64,000 bases of DNA from Dehalococcoidia bacterium (GCA_963665775.2 CAXXTF010000002.1:672001-736000), one strand, 5' to 3'. Positions 46,573 through 60,960 are shown, counted from the first letter of the stretch. The notes: a model not told the origin generated them from the letters alone. Numbers and translations are program-made.

Positions 46573-48453
46573 ATGCCTATCTACGAAGAGCTCCGGCGCT
46601 CCGCCGACGAGGCCTGGCACCCCTTTGCTCAGCCCCAACGGCCGCTGATAAAGATCGGCCTCTCCACCTGCTCCCGCGCCGTCGGCGCTGGCGATACCCT
46701 GGACGCCATCCGTCGTGAGATAGCGAGCCGTGGCATCGAGGCCGACGTCATGACCACGGGCTGCTGGGGCCTCTGCTACGCCGAACCGATTGTCGAGATA
46801 CACCGGCCGGGCCGCCCGCCCGTGCTCTACCACCAGCTCACAGCCGACAAGGTCCCGGCCCTCATCGAGCAGGCCGTTGCCGCCGACGGCGTCGCCCAGG
46901 TGCACGCCCTGGCCGTCCTGGCGGAGCAGCCCCTGGGCAACGTCCCTCCTCTGCCTTCGCTCCCCTTCTTCGCGCCCCAGGTGCGACGCCTGATGGCTAA
47001 CTGTGGCGTGATCGACCCGGAGCAGATAGACCACTACATAGCTCAGGGCGGCTACGAGGGGCTCAGCCAAGCGCTGGCCATGAGCGACGAGGCGGTCATC
47101 ACGCAGGTGCTGGACGCCGCCCTCTGGGGTCGCGGCGGCGCCGCCTTCCCCACCGGCCGCAAATGGGGATTCCTGCGCGGCGCCAACCGCACCCCGAAGT
47201 ACATCGTCTGCAACGCCGACGAGGGCGACCCCGGCTCCTTCGTTAACCGCAACCTGATGGAGAGCGACCCCCACCTCCTCATCGAGGGGATGACCATCGC
47301 CGGCTACGCCACCGGCGCCTCCCAGGGCTTCATCTACGTCCGCGACGAGTACCCCCTACCGGCGGACCGGACAGATAAGGCCATCCAGCAGGCCCGCGAG
47401 AAGGGCCTCCTGGGCGAGAATATTCTGGGCTCTGCTCAGACGGGCGCCGATCCGGACGGCTTCTCCTTCGACCTGGTCATGGTCCGAGGCGCCGGCAGCT
47501 ACGTCTGCGGCGAGGAGACCGGCCTCATCGCTTCCCTGGAGGACGACCGCGGCATGCCCAAGATCCGACCGCCTTTCCCCGCCGAGGCCGGTGTCTTCGG
47601 CCTGCCCACCAACGTGAACAACGTGGAGACGTACGCCAACGTGCCCCTTATCCTCCGCCACGGCGATCACTGGTACACCGATATCGGCTCGGAGCAGCAC
47701 AAGGGGACCAAGATGTTCTCCCTTTCCGGACAGGTGCAGAGGGCAGGCATCCTGGAGGTGCCCCTGGGAACACCCATGAGCGAGGTCGTTCTGGGCGCCG
47801 GCGGCGGCCCGCCGGAAGGCCGGGCACTGAAGGCCGTCCAGCCCGGCGGCCCCCTCTCCGGCATCGTCCCCGCCGGCGACGTCGACATCCCCCTGGAACC
47901 GGAGCCGTTCCGCGAGCGGGGGATGTTCATGGGCTCCGGCGGCCTCGTCCTCCTGGACGAGAGCAACTGCATCGTCGACCTCTGTATCTACTTCGAATGG
48001 TTCGCCGAGGACGAGTCCTGCGGTCGCTGCACCACCTGCTTCGCCGGCACCCGCCGCCTTCTGGAGATCCTTCGCCGCATCGCCAGCGGCCGCGGCCGCC
48101 CCTCGGACCTGGAGATCATCCGTCTCCTGGCGGACACGATGCGCTACGCCAACTGTGTCCACGGGCAGGCGGCCCCGACGGCCGTGATGTCCATGTTCCG
48201 CTTCTTCGAAGAGGAGCTCATGGAGCACATCGAGCGGAAGCGCTGCCCGGCCAAGGCCTGCCGCGGCCTGGTGCACTACGAGGTCGTGCACCACTCCGAC
48301 CGGCTGCCCCAGGCGGAGGCGATCTGCCCCACGCAGGCGGTGGTGCGGGAGAACGGGAGCTACCGCATCGACCAGGCCAAGTGCATCAAGTGCGACGCCT
48401 GCCGGGAGCAGGCCCCCTACGCCATCGCCCTGCTGGACGATTTCGGGCCGTAG
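46573..48453 (+). CDS. NuoF/HydB/HoxF-like flavoprotein subunit
   Basis: GRGGAAFPTG.KW, CNADEGDPG, GAGSYVCGEET, NNVET, ESCGRCTTC, C-terminal ferredoxin-like domain. Confidence 0.93.
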   Translation: MPIYEELRRSADEAWHPFAQPQRPLIKIGLSTCSRAVGAGDTLDAIRREIASRGIEADVMTTGCWGLCYAEPIVEIHRPGRPPVLYHQLTADKVPALIEQAVAADGVAQVHALAVLAEQPLGNVPPLPSLPFFAPQVRRLMANCGVIDPEQIDHYIAQGGYEGLSQALAMSDEAVITQVLDAALWGRGGAAFPTGRKWGFLRGANRTPKYIVCNADEGDPGSFVNRNLMESDPHLLIEGMTIAGYATGASQGFIYVRDEYPLPADRTDKAIQQAREKGLLGENILGSAQTGADPDGFSFDLVMVRGAGSYVCGEETGLIASLEDDRGMPKIRPPFPAEAGVFGLPTNVNNVETYANVPLILRHGDHWYTDIGSEQHKGTKMFSLSGQVQRAGILEVPLGTPMSEVVLGAGGGPPEGRALKAVQPGGPLSGIVPAGDVDIPLEPEPFRERGMFMGSGGLVLLDESNCIVDLCIYFEWFAEDESCGRCTTCFAGTRRLLEILRRIASGRGRPSDLEIIRLLADTMRYANCVHGQAAPTAVMSMFRFFEEELMEHIERKRCPAKACRGLVHYEVVHHSDRLPQAEAICPTQAVVRENGSYRIDQAKCIKCDACREQAPYAIALLDDFGP

Positions 48454-48549
48454 CCGCCCCCGCCTTTCACGCCCCTCGCCCAGATGACCGGTGCGCTATA
48501 ATAAACGCTCCCACATCACGCGCCCTTGAGAAGACCGAGGAGGGTTGCC

Positions 48550-49758
48550 ATGACCGACACTACGTATCCCATCGTCTACGGAACGACCTGGTGCCCAGAC
48601 TGCGAGCGCTCCAAGCGGTTCCTGGGTGAGCATCGCATCCCCTACACCTGGGTCGATGTAGAACAGGACGCCCAGGGGATGAGCCGCATCATAGAACTGA
48701 ACAACGGCAAGCAGGCGGTCCCCACTATCGTATTTCAGGATAGCTCCGTCCTCGTTGAACCCTCCAACGCGGAGCTGGCGACCCAACTCGCCATCCCCAC
48801 GAAGGCGGAGCGCGACTTCTACGACCTTATCATCATCGGCGGCGGGCCCGCTGGCCTCACCGCCGCCCTCTACACCGCCCGCGAGGGGATCGACACCCTC
48901 ATCCTGGATCGCTCCGGCCTCGGCGGCCAGGCCGCCATCACCGAACGCCTGGACAACTTCCCCGGCTTCCCCGAGGGGGTGTCCGGCGCCGAGCTCGCCG
49001 ACCGGCTCCAGCGGCAGGCCGAGCGCTTCGGCGTCGAGACGGTAGGCGCTGCCGACATCGGCCATCTCTGGACCGAGGGCGGCTATGTCTGCCTCACAAC
49101 CCGTGAGGGGCACGAGTACGGAGCTTACGCGGCCCTCATCGCCACCGGCTCCACCTACAGGCGGCTGGACGTCCCCGGCGAGGACGACTTCATCGGCGCC
49201 GGCATCCACTTCTGCGCCACCTGCGACGCCGCCTTCTACAAGGACGTCCAGGAGCTATTGGTTATCGGCGGCGGTAACTCGGCCACAGAGGAGGGGCTCT
49301 TCCTCACCAAGTTCGCCCAGAAGGTAACCCTGGTCACCGTCGACTCCGATCTCAGCGCCAGCTCTATCCTCCGCGAGAAGGTGAAGAGCCACCCCCAGAT
49401 GAACGTCGTCTACAACACCACCGTGGCCGAATTCAGGGGCGACAAGCGTTTGGAGGCCGTGATCCTCAAGGATAAGAAGACCGGCGAGACCCGGGAGACG
49501 CGCCCTGCCGGCGTCTTCGTATTCATCGGCATGACTCCCAACACCCGATTCCTCCAGGGGAACGGCGTCAAGCTCAACCAGTGGGGGTTCATCGAGACCA
49601 ACGACCAGCTGCGCACCAGCATGGACGGAGTGTTCGCCGCCGGCGACGTCCGGGCCGGAGCGACGAAGCAGGCCGCCTCCGCAGCCGGCGAGGGGGCCAC
49701 AGCCGCCCTCGCCATCCGCACTCACCTGCAGCGGCGCTCGCCATCACGCGAAATGTGA
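48550..49758 (+). CDS. glutaredoxin/NrdH-like domain fused to thioredoxin reductase
   Basis: WCPDC...VPTI domain, then GGGPAG, HFCATCD, GGGNSA.EE, FAAGDVR. Confidence 0.92.
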   Translation: MTDTTYPIVYGTTWCPDCERSKRFLGEHRIPYTWVDVEQDAQGMSRIIELNNGKQAVPTIVFQDSSVLVEPSNAELATQLAIPTKAERDFYDLIIIGGGPAGLTAALYTAREGIDTLILDRSGLGGQAAITERLDNFPGFPEGVSGAELADRLQRQAERFGVETVGAADIGHLWTEGGYVCLTTREGHEYGAYAALIATGSTYRRLDVPGEDDFIGAGIHFCATCDAAFYKDVQELLVIGGGNSATEEGLFLTKFAQKVTLVTVDSDLSASSILREKVKSHPQMNVVYNTTVAEFRGDKRLEAVILKDKKTGETRETRPAGVFVFIGMTPNTRFLQGNGVKLNQWGFIETNDQLRTSMDGVFAAGDVRAGATKQAASAAGEGATAALAIRTHLQRRSPSREM

Positions 49759-49821
49759 GCGGAGGCGGACCGGCCGCCACAGAGCGTACCTGATCTCCGC
49801 GCCCGGACCCGAGCCTTAGAA

Positions 49822-50541
49822 TTAGGATTCCCGCGCCCGATCCGCGCGAAGCTCCTTCCGCTGCACCCAGCGCATCTCCGCCGGCGTAACCACCAGCACA
49901 TCGACCGGCCCGCCCACGGAAGGGAACCGCGGCTCGAACCGCATCGTCTCAATGGTGGTGCGGATCAGGTGGACGGAGTAGTCCACGGCATCCTGTAACG
50001 GCATCGCCGCAAAGAGGGGTAGGTGGCTCTGGTCGATCAGCCGGTTCGCCACCATGATCTCGCCGCTACGCAGAATCCCGTACTGCACCTTCCCCTCCTC
50101 GTTCACGTTGACCCGTCGCACTCCGGCCTCCCTCGTGGTGTGCCCGACGAAGACGTAAGGGACCCTGATCCGGCCCTCCAGACGGTAACCGGCCATATGG
50201 AACCCCACGCTGACCTTGGGGAAGTTCCCCTGAAAATACGCCAGGAACTTCTCCCCGGCGGAGATCACATCGTCGTCCTCGCTGATCGCCTCCTCCTCGA
50301 AGCGACGCACGTGGCTGTCCACCGGCTGGTTGTTGATTACCCCGGCGTCGTAAGCACTCACCCCCACCCCGATGCTCTCCAGCGCCACCACCTTATAGGC
50401 GTTATCCGAAAGCACAAGCTGCTGCTGCACCCGTGTCTTCTGCTCTCCCTCGGTCCGCTCCTCGGAGCGCAGCACCGTCATCCGTGAGTCGGCGGTCAGG
50501 ACGATACCGCTGGGAACGTACACTGTTACCACTAACGACAT
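49822..50541 (-). CDS. proteasome-beta/Ntn-hydrolase-like protein
   Basis: After Met: S1...GIVLTAD17S R19, later AYKV and C-terminal VGGPVDVLVVT. Confidence 0.7.
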   Translation of the reverse strand: MSLVVTVYVPSGIVLTADSRMTVLRSEERTEGEQKTRVQQQLVLSDNAYKVVALESIGVGVSAYDAGVINNQPVDSHVRRFEEEAISEDDDVISAGEKFLAYFQGNFPKVSVGFHMAGYRLEGRIRVPYVFVGHTTREAGVRRVNVNEEGKVQYGILRSGEIMVANRLIDQSHLPLFAAMPLQDAVDYSVHLIRTTIETMRFEPRFPSVGGPVDVLVVTPAEMRWVQRKELRADRARES

Positions 50542-50660
50542 CTTGGAACCTCACCCGCATCCTAGCCGATTGGCCATCGCCCGCCAAGCCAGCGAGCCGA
50601 GTCTGCGCCTGCGTTATAATAGGAGCGGCCCCCACTGAGGGTTCGGAGCCGACTACCTGA

Positions 50661-51983
50661 ATGTCGATACCATATACGAATAGCGCAACTGCCCTCGCCT
50701 CACAGCAAGAGGCGAGCCAGCTAAGTGGCATAGGCCACGAACTGGCGATCGTCATCCTCGCCGTTAGCATACTCGCCTACGCCCTGGTTAACAGCGTGGA
50801 GATCGCCATCGTCGCCGTGAACCGCATTCGCGTCCGGCACCTCGTCGAAAGCGGCAGCCTGGCCGCCAGGGCCATCCAGCGGCTCCAGGAACGCCAGGAG
50901 CGCTTCTTCGCCTTCATCGTCCTGTTGCAGAACCTCTCCGTGGTCACCGCCTCCGCCATGGGCAGCCTCCTGGCCATCGACACGGTAGGCGGCGTCGAAG
51001 GCTTCATCCTGGGCGCCGTGGTGATGACCATCGGCATCGCCCTCCTGGGCGAAATTACACCCAAGATCCTCGCCGCCCACGCCGGCGAGCGCTACCCGCT
51101 GCTGGTCGCCCGGCCGGTGGAGATACTGATGCAGCTCTTCAACCCGCTGGTGATCGTGTTAGCCGCCGCCCCCACCTTCCTCTCCCGGCTCCTGTTCGGG
51201 TCCAACACCGGCCTCAGCCAAACCGTCAGCGAGGCCGAGCTTCGAATGCTCATCGACATCGCCGCCGAAGAACGCATGGTGGAGGAGCACGAGGCCGAGC
51301 TCCTGGACCGCGTATTCCGCTTCGGCGACCGCCGCGCAAACGAGGTGATGATCCCCCGCACCGAGATCGTCTGGCTGGCGAGGGGAACCATCGTTGGCGA
51401 CTTCTATAAGACCTTCGCCGGCACCCCTCACTCACGCTTCCCCGTGTTCGAGCAGACCCCGGACAACGTGGTCGGCGTAGTGGGGATAAAGGATGTCCTG
51501 CGAGGCCTCGCCGAGGGGCAGATCGAGAGTGACTCCGCAATCGACTGGGCGATGCGGCCGACCCTCTTCGTCCCCGAGACGAAGTTCGTCGGCGCCCTCT
51601 TCTCCGAGATGCAGCGAAGCGGCCACCAGCTGGCCATTATCGTTGACGAATACGGTGGCACCGCCGGCTTAGTCACCCTGGAGATGCTCCTGGAGGAGAT
51701 CGTGGGCTCCGTCAGCGACGAGCTTCGCCGCCACGAGGAGGAGTTCGTCACCGTGGACGAGCGCACCTTCCGCATCGACGCCGGCATGGCGATCCATGAC
51801 GTGAACGAGGAGCTGGAGCTGGCCTTGCCGGCGGGCGATTATGAGACGGTGGCCGGGTTTGTCCTCAGCCAGATGGGCCACATCCCCAAGGAGGGCGAGC
51901 AGTTCACGTTCAACGGCCTGCGCATCGCCATCACACAGGTAGACGGCCGCAAGGTAGAGGAAGTCACCGTCACTCGCCTGTAG
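50661..51983 (+). CDS. hemolysin/CNNM (TlyC/CorC-like) CBS-domain protein
   Basis: GEITPK, VMIPR, HSRFPV, FVPETK, VDEYGGTAGLVTLE..LEEIVG, CorC domain. Confidence 0.93.
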   Translation: MSIPYTNSATALASQQEASQLSGIGHELAIVILAVSILAYALVNSVEIAIVAVNRIRVRHLVESGSLAARAIQRLQERQERFFAFIVLLQNLSVVTASAMGSLLAIDTVGGVEGFILGAVVMTIGIALLGEITPKILAAHAGERYPLLVARPVEILMQLFNPLVIVLAAAPTFLSRLLFGSNTGLSQTVSEAELRMLIDIAAEERMVEEHEAELLDRVFRFGDRRANEVMIPRTEIVWLARGTIVGDFYKTFAGTPHSRFPVFEQTPDNVVGVVGIKDVLRGLAEGQIESDSAIDWAMRPTLFVPETKFVGALFSEMQRSGHQLAIIVDEYGGTAGLVTLEMLLEEIVGSVSDELRRHEEEFVTVDERTFRIDAGMAIHDVNEELELALPAGDYETVAGFVLSQMGHIPKEGEQFTFNGLRIAITQVDGRKVEEVTVTRL

Positions 51984-52058
51984 GGGAGGCCCCACCTCGT
52001 CGACAAACGAACGACAGGTGGACATTCTCGCCGCGGCCGAACCGCCCACCGCCAGCTC

Positions 52059-52760
52059 ATGAAAGCACAGCGCCTGCGCCTCCGCTACCGCGTCCCGGCC
52101 CACGCCTCCGCCCTCACCAACCGCCAGCTCATGCAGGCTTGGCAGGAGGCGGCCGAGTCTGCCGCCCTTCCCCTCGCCTACTCCCAGGCCAAGCGCGCCA
52201 CGCCGCAGATCTCCATCGCCGCACCGCTCCCCCTTGGCGTGACCTCCGATGGCGAACTGGCGGACATCTTCCTGGCGGAGCGGGTGGAGCCCCGCGACGT
52301 CCCGATGCGCCTCTCCCAGACCCTACCCCACGGTCTGGAAGCCCTCGCCGCCTGGGAGGTGGGGCTGACGGCGCCCTCCCTCCAATCTCAGCTCCGCTGG
52401 GCTGAGTACGAGGTGGACGTGCCCACCGGTGGCCTGAGCCCGGACGATGCGCGGCTCGCCATCGACCGCCTCCTGGAGGCGCGGACCTTCCCTTGGGAGC
52501 AGCGCCGGGAGACCAAGGTCCGCCGCTATGACCTGCGCCCCCTCATCCTGGATCTGTGCTTGAATGGGGAGGGCGAAGGTCATCTCCAGCTCGCTATGCG
52601 CCTGCGGGCCGAACAGGAGATGACCGGCCGCGCCGATCAGGTCGTGGCGGCGCTGGCCCTTCCCCAACCGGCACGCATCCATCGCCGCCTTCTCTACCTA
52701 GAGGAGACCTCGCCGGCCGTCCTCGCCTACCGTCGCCTGGGCCAGCCCGACCTCGGCTAG
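52059..52760 (+). CDS. TIGR03936/DUF2344 radical-SAM-linked protein
   Basis: LPLAYSQ....P.ISIAAPLPLG.TS.GE, DLRP. Confidence 0.85.
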   Translation: MKAQRLRLRYRVPAHASALTNRQLMQAWQEAAESAALPLAYSQAKRATPQISIAAPLPLGVTSDGELADIFLAERVEPRDVPMRLSQTLPHGLEALAAWEVGLTAPSLQSQLRWAEYEVDVPTGGLSPDDARLAIDRLLEARTFPWEQRRETKVRRYDLRPLILDLCLNGEGEGHLQLAMRLRAEQEMTGRADQVVAALALPQPARIHRRLLYLEETSPAVLAYRRLGQPDLG

Positions 52761-52795
52761 TCGACGGGACGGGCTGCTTCTCGTATCCTGTCCCC

Positions 52796-53410
52796 GTGCG
52801 CCTCTTCCTGATCCGCCACGGGGAGACCGAGTCCAACCGCCTGGGCCTCGCCCTGGGCCGCGCTGATATCCCCCTCAACGAACGCGGCCGCTGGCAGGCC
52901 CAGCGGCTAGCCCGCGCCCTGGCCCCTGAAACCTTCGCCGCCATCTACTCCAGCCCCCTCTCCCGTGCCAGGAACACCGCCCACCCCATCGCCCAGCGGC
53001 ACGGCCTCACAGTTCAGGTCGAGGCCGGCCTCATGGAGATGGACATCGGCGACACCGAGGGGCTCCCTTTTGCCGATGTCCGCACCCGCTTTCCCGGCCT
53101 CCTGGAGAGATGGACCGGTCCGGACGGGCCCGCCCAGCCCATGCCTGGCGGCGAGCGCCTCATCGATGTGCAGGCACGCGCCTGGCAGAGCATCCAGGCG
53201 ATAACCTCTCGTCACCCAGAGGAGGCGGCCTGCGCCGTAACCCACAACTTCGTCATCCTCTCCATCCTCACCCGTGTCCTGGATATCGACCTGGCCGACT
53301 TCAGGCAGCTGCGCCACTCCGTCGGGGCCATCAGCGTATTAGAATTCCGACCGGAGGGCGCCCGCGTCCTGAGGCTGAACGACACCTGTCACCTGGACAC
53401 CGCGGACTAA
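52796..53410 (+). CDS. histidine phosphatase family protein
   Basis: LIRHGET, SSPLSRA, PGGE, VTH, LNDTCHL. Confidence 0.93.
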   Translation: MRLFLIRHGETESNRLGLALGRADIPLNERGRWQAQRLARALAPETFAAIYSSPLSRARNTAHPIAQRHGLTVQVEAGLMEMDIGDTEGLPFADVRTRFPGLLERWTGPDGPAQPMPGGERLIDVQARAWQSIQAITSRHPEEAACAVTHNFVILSILTRVLDIDLADFRQLRHSVGAISVLEFRPEGARVLRLNDTCHLDTAD

Positions 53411-53489
53411 CCTCTTCTCAGGCTAGACGTTCTTACCTATTGCCCAAGCAGCCGTCTCGTGATACCATACCGACGAACTAAAGGAGCAC

Positions 53490-53849
53490 GTGTCTAAGCC
53501 CTTACCGAAAGTCTCTACGGCCCACCTGATTCTGGTGGCGACGGCCCTTGTGGTCGTCTACTTCCTGACAGCCGGCACCCTCAACCTCATCCGCTCCCAG
53601 CAGCTCCGGCAACAGGAGAGCGGCCTGGAGGCCGATATACAGCAGATACAGCAACACTACCAACGGCTGCAAGACCTGCGGCTGTACCTGAGCTCCGACC
53701 AGTACATCGAGACTATCGCCCGCCAGCAACTGGGCCTCGTGCAGGAAGGCGAGAGCGGCTTCGTCATCATCTCCACTCTCCCCGCACCCACACCCGCCCC
53801 CGGCGAGGAGGCTGAGCCGGAGCTCTGGTGGGACGTCATCACCCGCTGA
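53490..53849 (+). CDS. septum formation initiator DivIC/FtsB family
   Basis: TM + coiled coil + YIETIARQQLGLV..GE. Confidence 0.88.
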   Translation: MSKPLPKVSTAHLILVATALVVVYFLTAGTLNLIRSQQLRQQESGLEADIQQIQQHYQRLQDLRLYLSSDQYIETIARQQLGLVQEGESGFVIISTLPAPTPAPGEEAEPELWWDVITR

Positions 53850-53903
53850 GGTAGACCCAAACGCGATACAATCAGGGCGACGGTCTCATCGTCCTGATCT
53901 GCC

Positions 53904-55370
53904 ATGCCCGAGCCTGAATCGCAGCCGCCCCCTCTCGATAGCCCCCCTGACACCCCCTTCCCGGAGGCCCTGTCACGGCGCCTCCTGGCGTTCATCCGTG
54001 CCCGCGACATCCTCAGGGGCGGCGAGCACATCCTCGTCGCCGTCTCCGGCGGCCCCGATTCCACCGCCCTCCTCCTCCTCCTGGCCGGCCTCCGCCCCCA
54101 CCTCGACATCACGCTCACCGTGGCCCACTTCGACCACCTGCTACGCTCCCGTCGAGAGGCTGCCCAGGATCGGGCCTTCGTCCGAACCCTGGCCGAGTCC
54201 CAAGCCATCCCCATCGTCTGTGGCCGTGGCGATGTCGCCGCCCGAGCCAGGCGCGCCCACGAATCCCTGGAGGAAGCGGCCCGCCGCCTCCGCTACAACT
54301 TCCTCGGACAGCGGGCCAAACGCATCGCTGCCGATCTGGTCGCCCTGGGCCATACCCGAGACGATCGTGCCGAGAGCGTCCTTCTCCACCTGCTGCGGGG
54401 CAGCGGCCTGGACGGCCTCGTCGGCATGCGGCCACTCTCCCCCTGGCCCTTCGGCCGCGGCCCAGCCGTCGCCCGACCCCTTCTCGCCCTGACCCATAGC
54501 GACACCGAGCGCTACTGCCGCGAGGCCGGCGTCACACCCCGCCGGGACCCCACCAACGACCTCCCTGACGCCACCCGCAACCGCCTCCGCCTGGAGATCC
54601 TACCCCATCTGCGCCGGATAAACCCCCGCGTCGAGGAGGCCCTGGACCGACTGGCCGAGGCCACCGCCACAGATGTCGATTACCTTGAGGAAGCGACGGC
54701 TGCCGCCTGGGACCGCCTCGCCCAGCGAGAGAGGGTGGGGGTTCGATTCCCGCGCGATGAGATCGCCGCCCTCCCCCCGGCCCTCACCGTCCGGCTCATC
54801 CGCCGCGCCGCTGCCCTCCTCTCCAGCGGCCCCGCCAACCTGGAGATGAGCCACATCCGGGCCGTCCTGGCAACCCTGAACCGCCGTCGCGGACTCGTCT
54901 CCCTACCCCAGAACCTCAGCGCCACCCTGGATTCCCGCTACCTCCGCATCATCAAGGGGAAGCCCCTGCCCCAGCCCGGACTCCCTGAGACGGCGCTACC
55001 AGTGCCCGGTCGCACACGCGTCGGGCCCTGGTACGTGGAGACAGAGATCGTCTCCGCCCCGGCCCTGCCACAGAACGCCGCCAGCCTAGAGGCCTTCCTG
55101 GACGCGGACGCTGTCGCCGCCGGCCTCTCCGTACGCTCCCGGCGGCCGGGGGACCGGCTACGGCCCCTGGGCCTGGGTGGCGAGAAGAAGCTGCAGGACA
55201 TCCTGGTAGACGCCAAGGTACCGTTAGAGCAACGCAGCACCGTGCCGCTCGTCTGCGCGGAGTGGGGCATCGCCTGGATCGTCGGCCACCGGCTCGACCA
55301 GCGGGCCGCCATCACCCCTGCCACGCGCCAGGCCGTTCACCTGCGCTTCCGGCCTCTCAGGGGGCATTGA
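53904..55370 (+). CDS. tilS: tRNA(Ile)-lysidine synthetase
   Basis: AVSGGPDS, AHFDH, ARRLRY, GHT.DD.AE, RPLL, RNRLR, KKLQD. Confidence 0.96.
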   Translation: MPEPESQPPPLDSPPDTPFPEALSRRLLAFIRARDILRGGEHILVAVSGGPDSTALLLLLAGLRPHLDITLTVAHFDHLLRSRREAAQDRAFVRTLAESQAIPIVCGRGDVAARARRAHESLEEAARRLRYNFLGQRAKRIAADLVALGHTRDDRAESVLLHLLRGSGLDGLVGMRPLSPWPFGRGPAVARPLLALTHSDTERYCREAGVTPRRDPTNDLPDATRNRLRLEILPHLRRINPRVEEALDRLAEATATDVDYLEEATAAAWDRLAQRERVGVRFPRDEIAALPPALTVRLIRRAAALLSSGPANLEMSHIRAVLATLNRRRGLVSLPQNLSATLDSRYLRIIKGKPLPQPGLPETALPVPGRTRVGPWYVETEIVSAPALPQNAASLEAFLDADAVAAGLSVRSRRPGDRLRPLGLGGEKKLQDILVDAKVPLEQRSTVPLVCAEWGIAWIVGHRLDQRAAITPATRQAVHLRFRPLRGH

Positions 55371-55422
55371 CATGCCGCCCGGGCAGTAGTATAAAAGGTA
55401 GGACAACAGCGCTCTTTAATAA
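55367..55422 (+). promoter_or_regulatory. rRNA promoter and boxA-like antitermination site
   Basis: TTGACA(55367)-17bp-TATAAA; GCTCTTTAATAA at 55411. Confidence 0.75.
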
Positions 55423-55566
55423 GTTTGCGAAGGCGCCCGTCGATTCGGCGGAAGAGTTGAGGAGACCGGTGGTTTGTGTTGTTGTCTTTCTGTACCTTAA
55501 CAGCTGAATAGTGGAAGGAAGTGCGAGGCTCTAGTCTATATAGGCTAGGTGAAAACACGAAATCTT

Positions 55567-57066
<1,500 letters not shown>

Positions 57067-57255
57067 TAGGGAGATGCACACACGGGCCTTTACAGGCCTC
57101 GTCACCTCCTAGGTCGGCCCCCGAACTTAGTTCGGGGACAAGCATGAAAAAACTGCCAAGCACTTCCTTCCGCTATCCAGCCGTTAAGGTACCTTTGCGT
57201 CTGTCACAACCGGCGCACCTGAGATCGCAATAACGTACAGGGGAACGCTCCCGCG

Positions 57256-57381
57256 ATGAGGTATCGACGTTGGCCGGAGCCACTGCTCACCGAGGAAGCC
57301 CAGGAGCAAGTGGACTACCTCTACGACGCTGCCAGGCAGATGCAAGCGCAACCCGACAAAGCTAAGAAGACGTTGGAGTAG
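57256..57381 (+). CDS. putative 41-aa ORF inside the 16S-23S spacer
   Basis: ATG after AGGGGA; MRYRRWPEPLLTEEAQEQVDYLYDAARQMQAQPDKAKKTLE. Confidence 0.35.
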   Translation: MRYRRWPEPLLTEEAQEQVDYLYDAARQMQAQPDKAKKTLE

Positions 57382-57434
57382 ATAACCTCGGCGCTCTGCC
57401 GCCGCCACACCTAGTGAACAGCGATCAGACAATC

Positions 57435-57511
57435 GGGCGATTAGCTCAGCTGGTTAGAGCGCGGTCCTGATAAGGCCGAGGTCGGTGGTTCGAGTCCACC
57501 ATCGCCCACCA
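57435..57511 (+). tRNA. tRNA-Ile(GAT)
   Basis: Cloverleaf, anticodon loop CTGATAA, CCA end. Confidence 0.97.
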
Positions 57512-57525
57512 CACCACAAGCCAGA

Positions 57526-57601
57526 GGGGCCGTAGCTCAGTTGGGAGAGCGCCGCCTTTGCAAGGCGGATGTCGGGGGTTCGAGTCCCCCCGGCTCCACC
57601 A
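57526..57601 (+). tRNA. tRNA-Ala(TGC)
   Basis: GGGGCCG...CGGCTCC-A-CCA with G3:U70, anticodon loop TTTGCAA. Confidence 0.97.
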
Positions 57602-57824
57602 GAACCTTGACAGCCGCGGGTGGTAAGGGTATAAAGAGTATGTTAATGACCCTCCACGACACTGGCTAGCTCCAGCTCCGACTGAGGCCCTCGGCGAATC
57701 GGCCTGCATCAGGCCGATTTCTCATGAGTGCGAAGTTGTCGTGAGGAACCACGCAGCTTAACAAACGAATAGAGAGATGACCTGAGGGATCCCAAGAACC
57801 GCGTTGTGGCGGTAATGGAGTGGT

Positions 57825-60833
<3,009 letters not shown>

Positions 60834-60885
60834 CCACTCCATTACCCCCACAACACCCTCAACCATCTCTCTATTCGTCGCCCAT

Positions 60886-60960
60886 CGCGGGGTGGAGCAG
60901 CGGCAGCTCGCCGGGCTCATAACCCGGAGGTCGTGGGTTCGAGTCCCACCCCCGCTACCA
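60886..60960 (+). tRNA. initiator tRNA-fMet(CAT)
   Basis: C1/T72 mismatch, GGG-CCC anticodon stem, loop CTCATAA. Confidence 0.95.
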
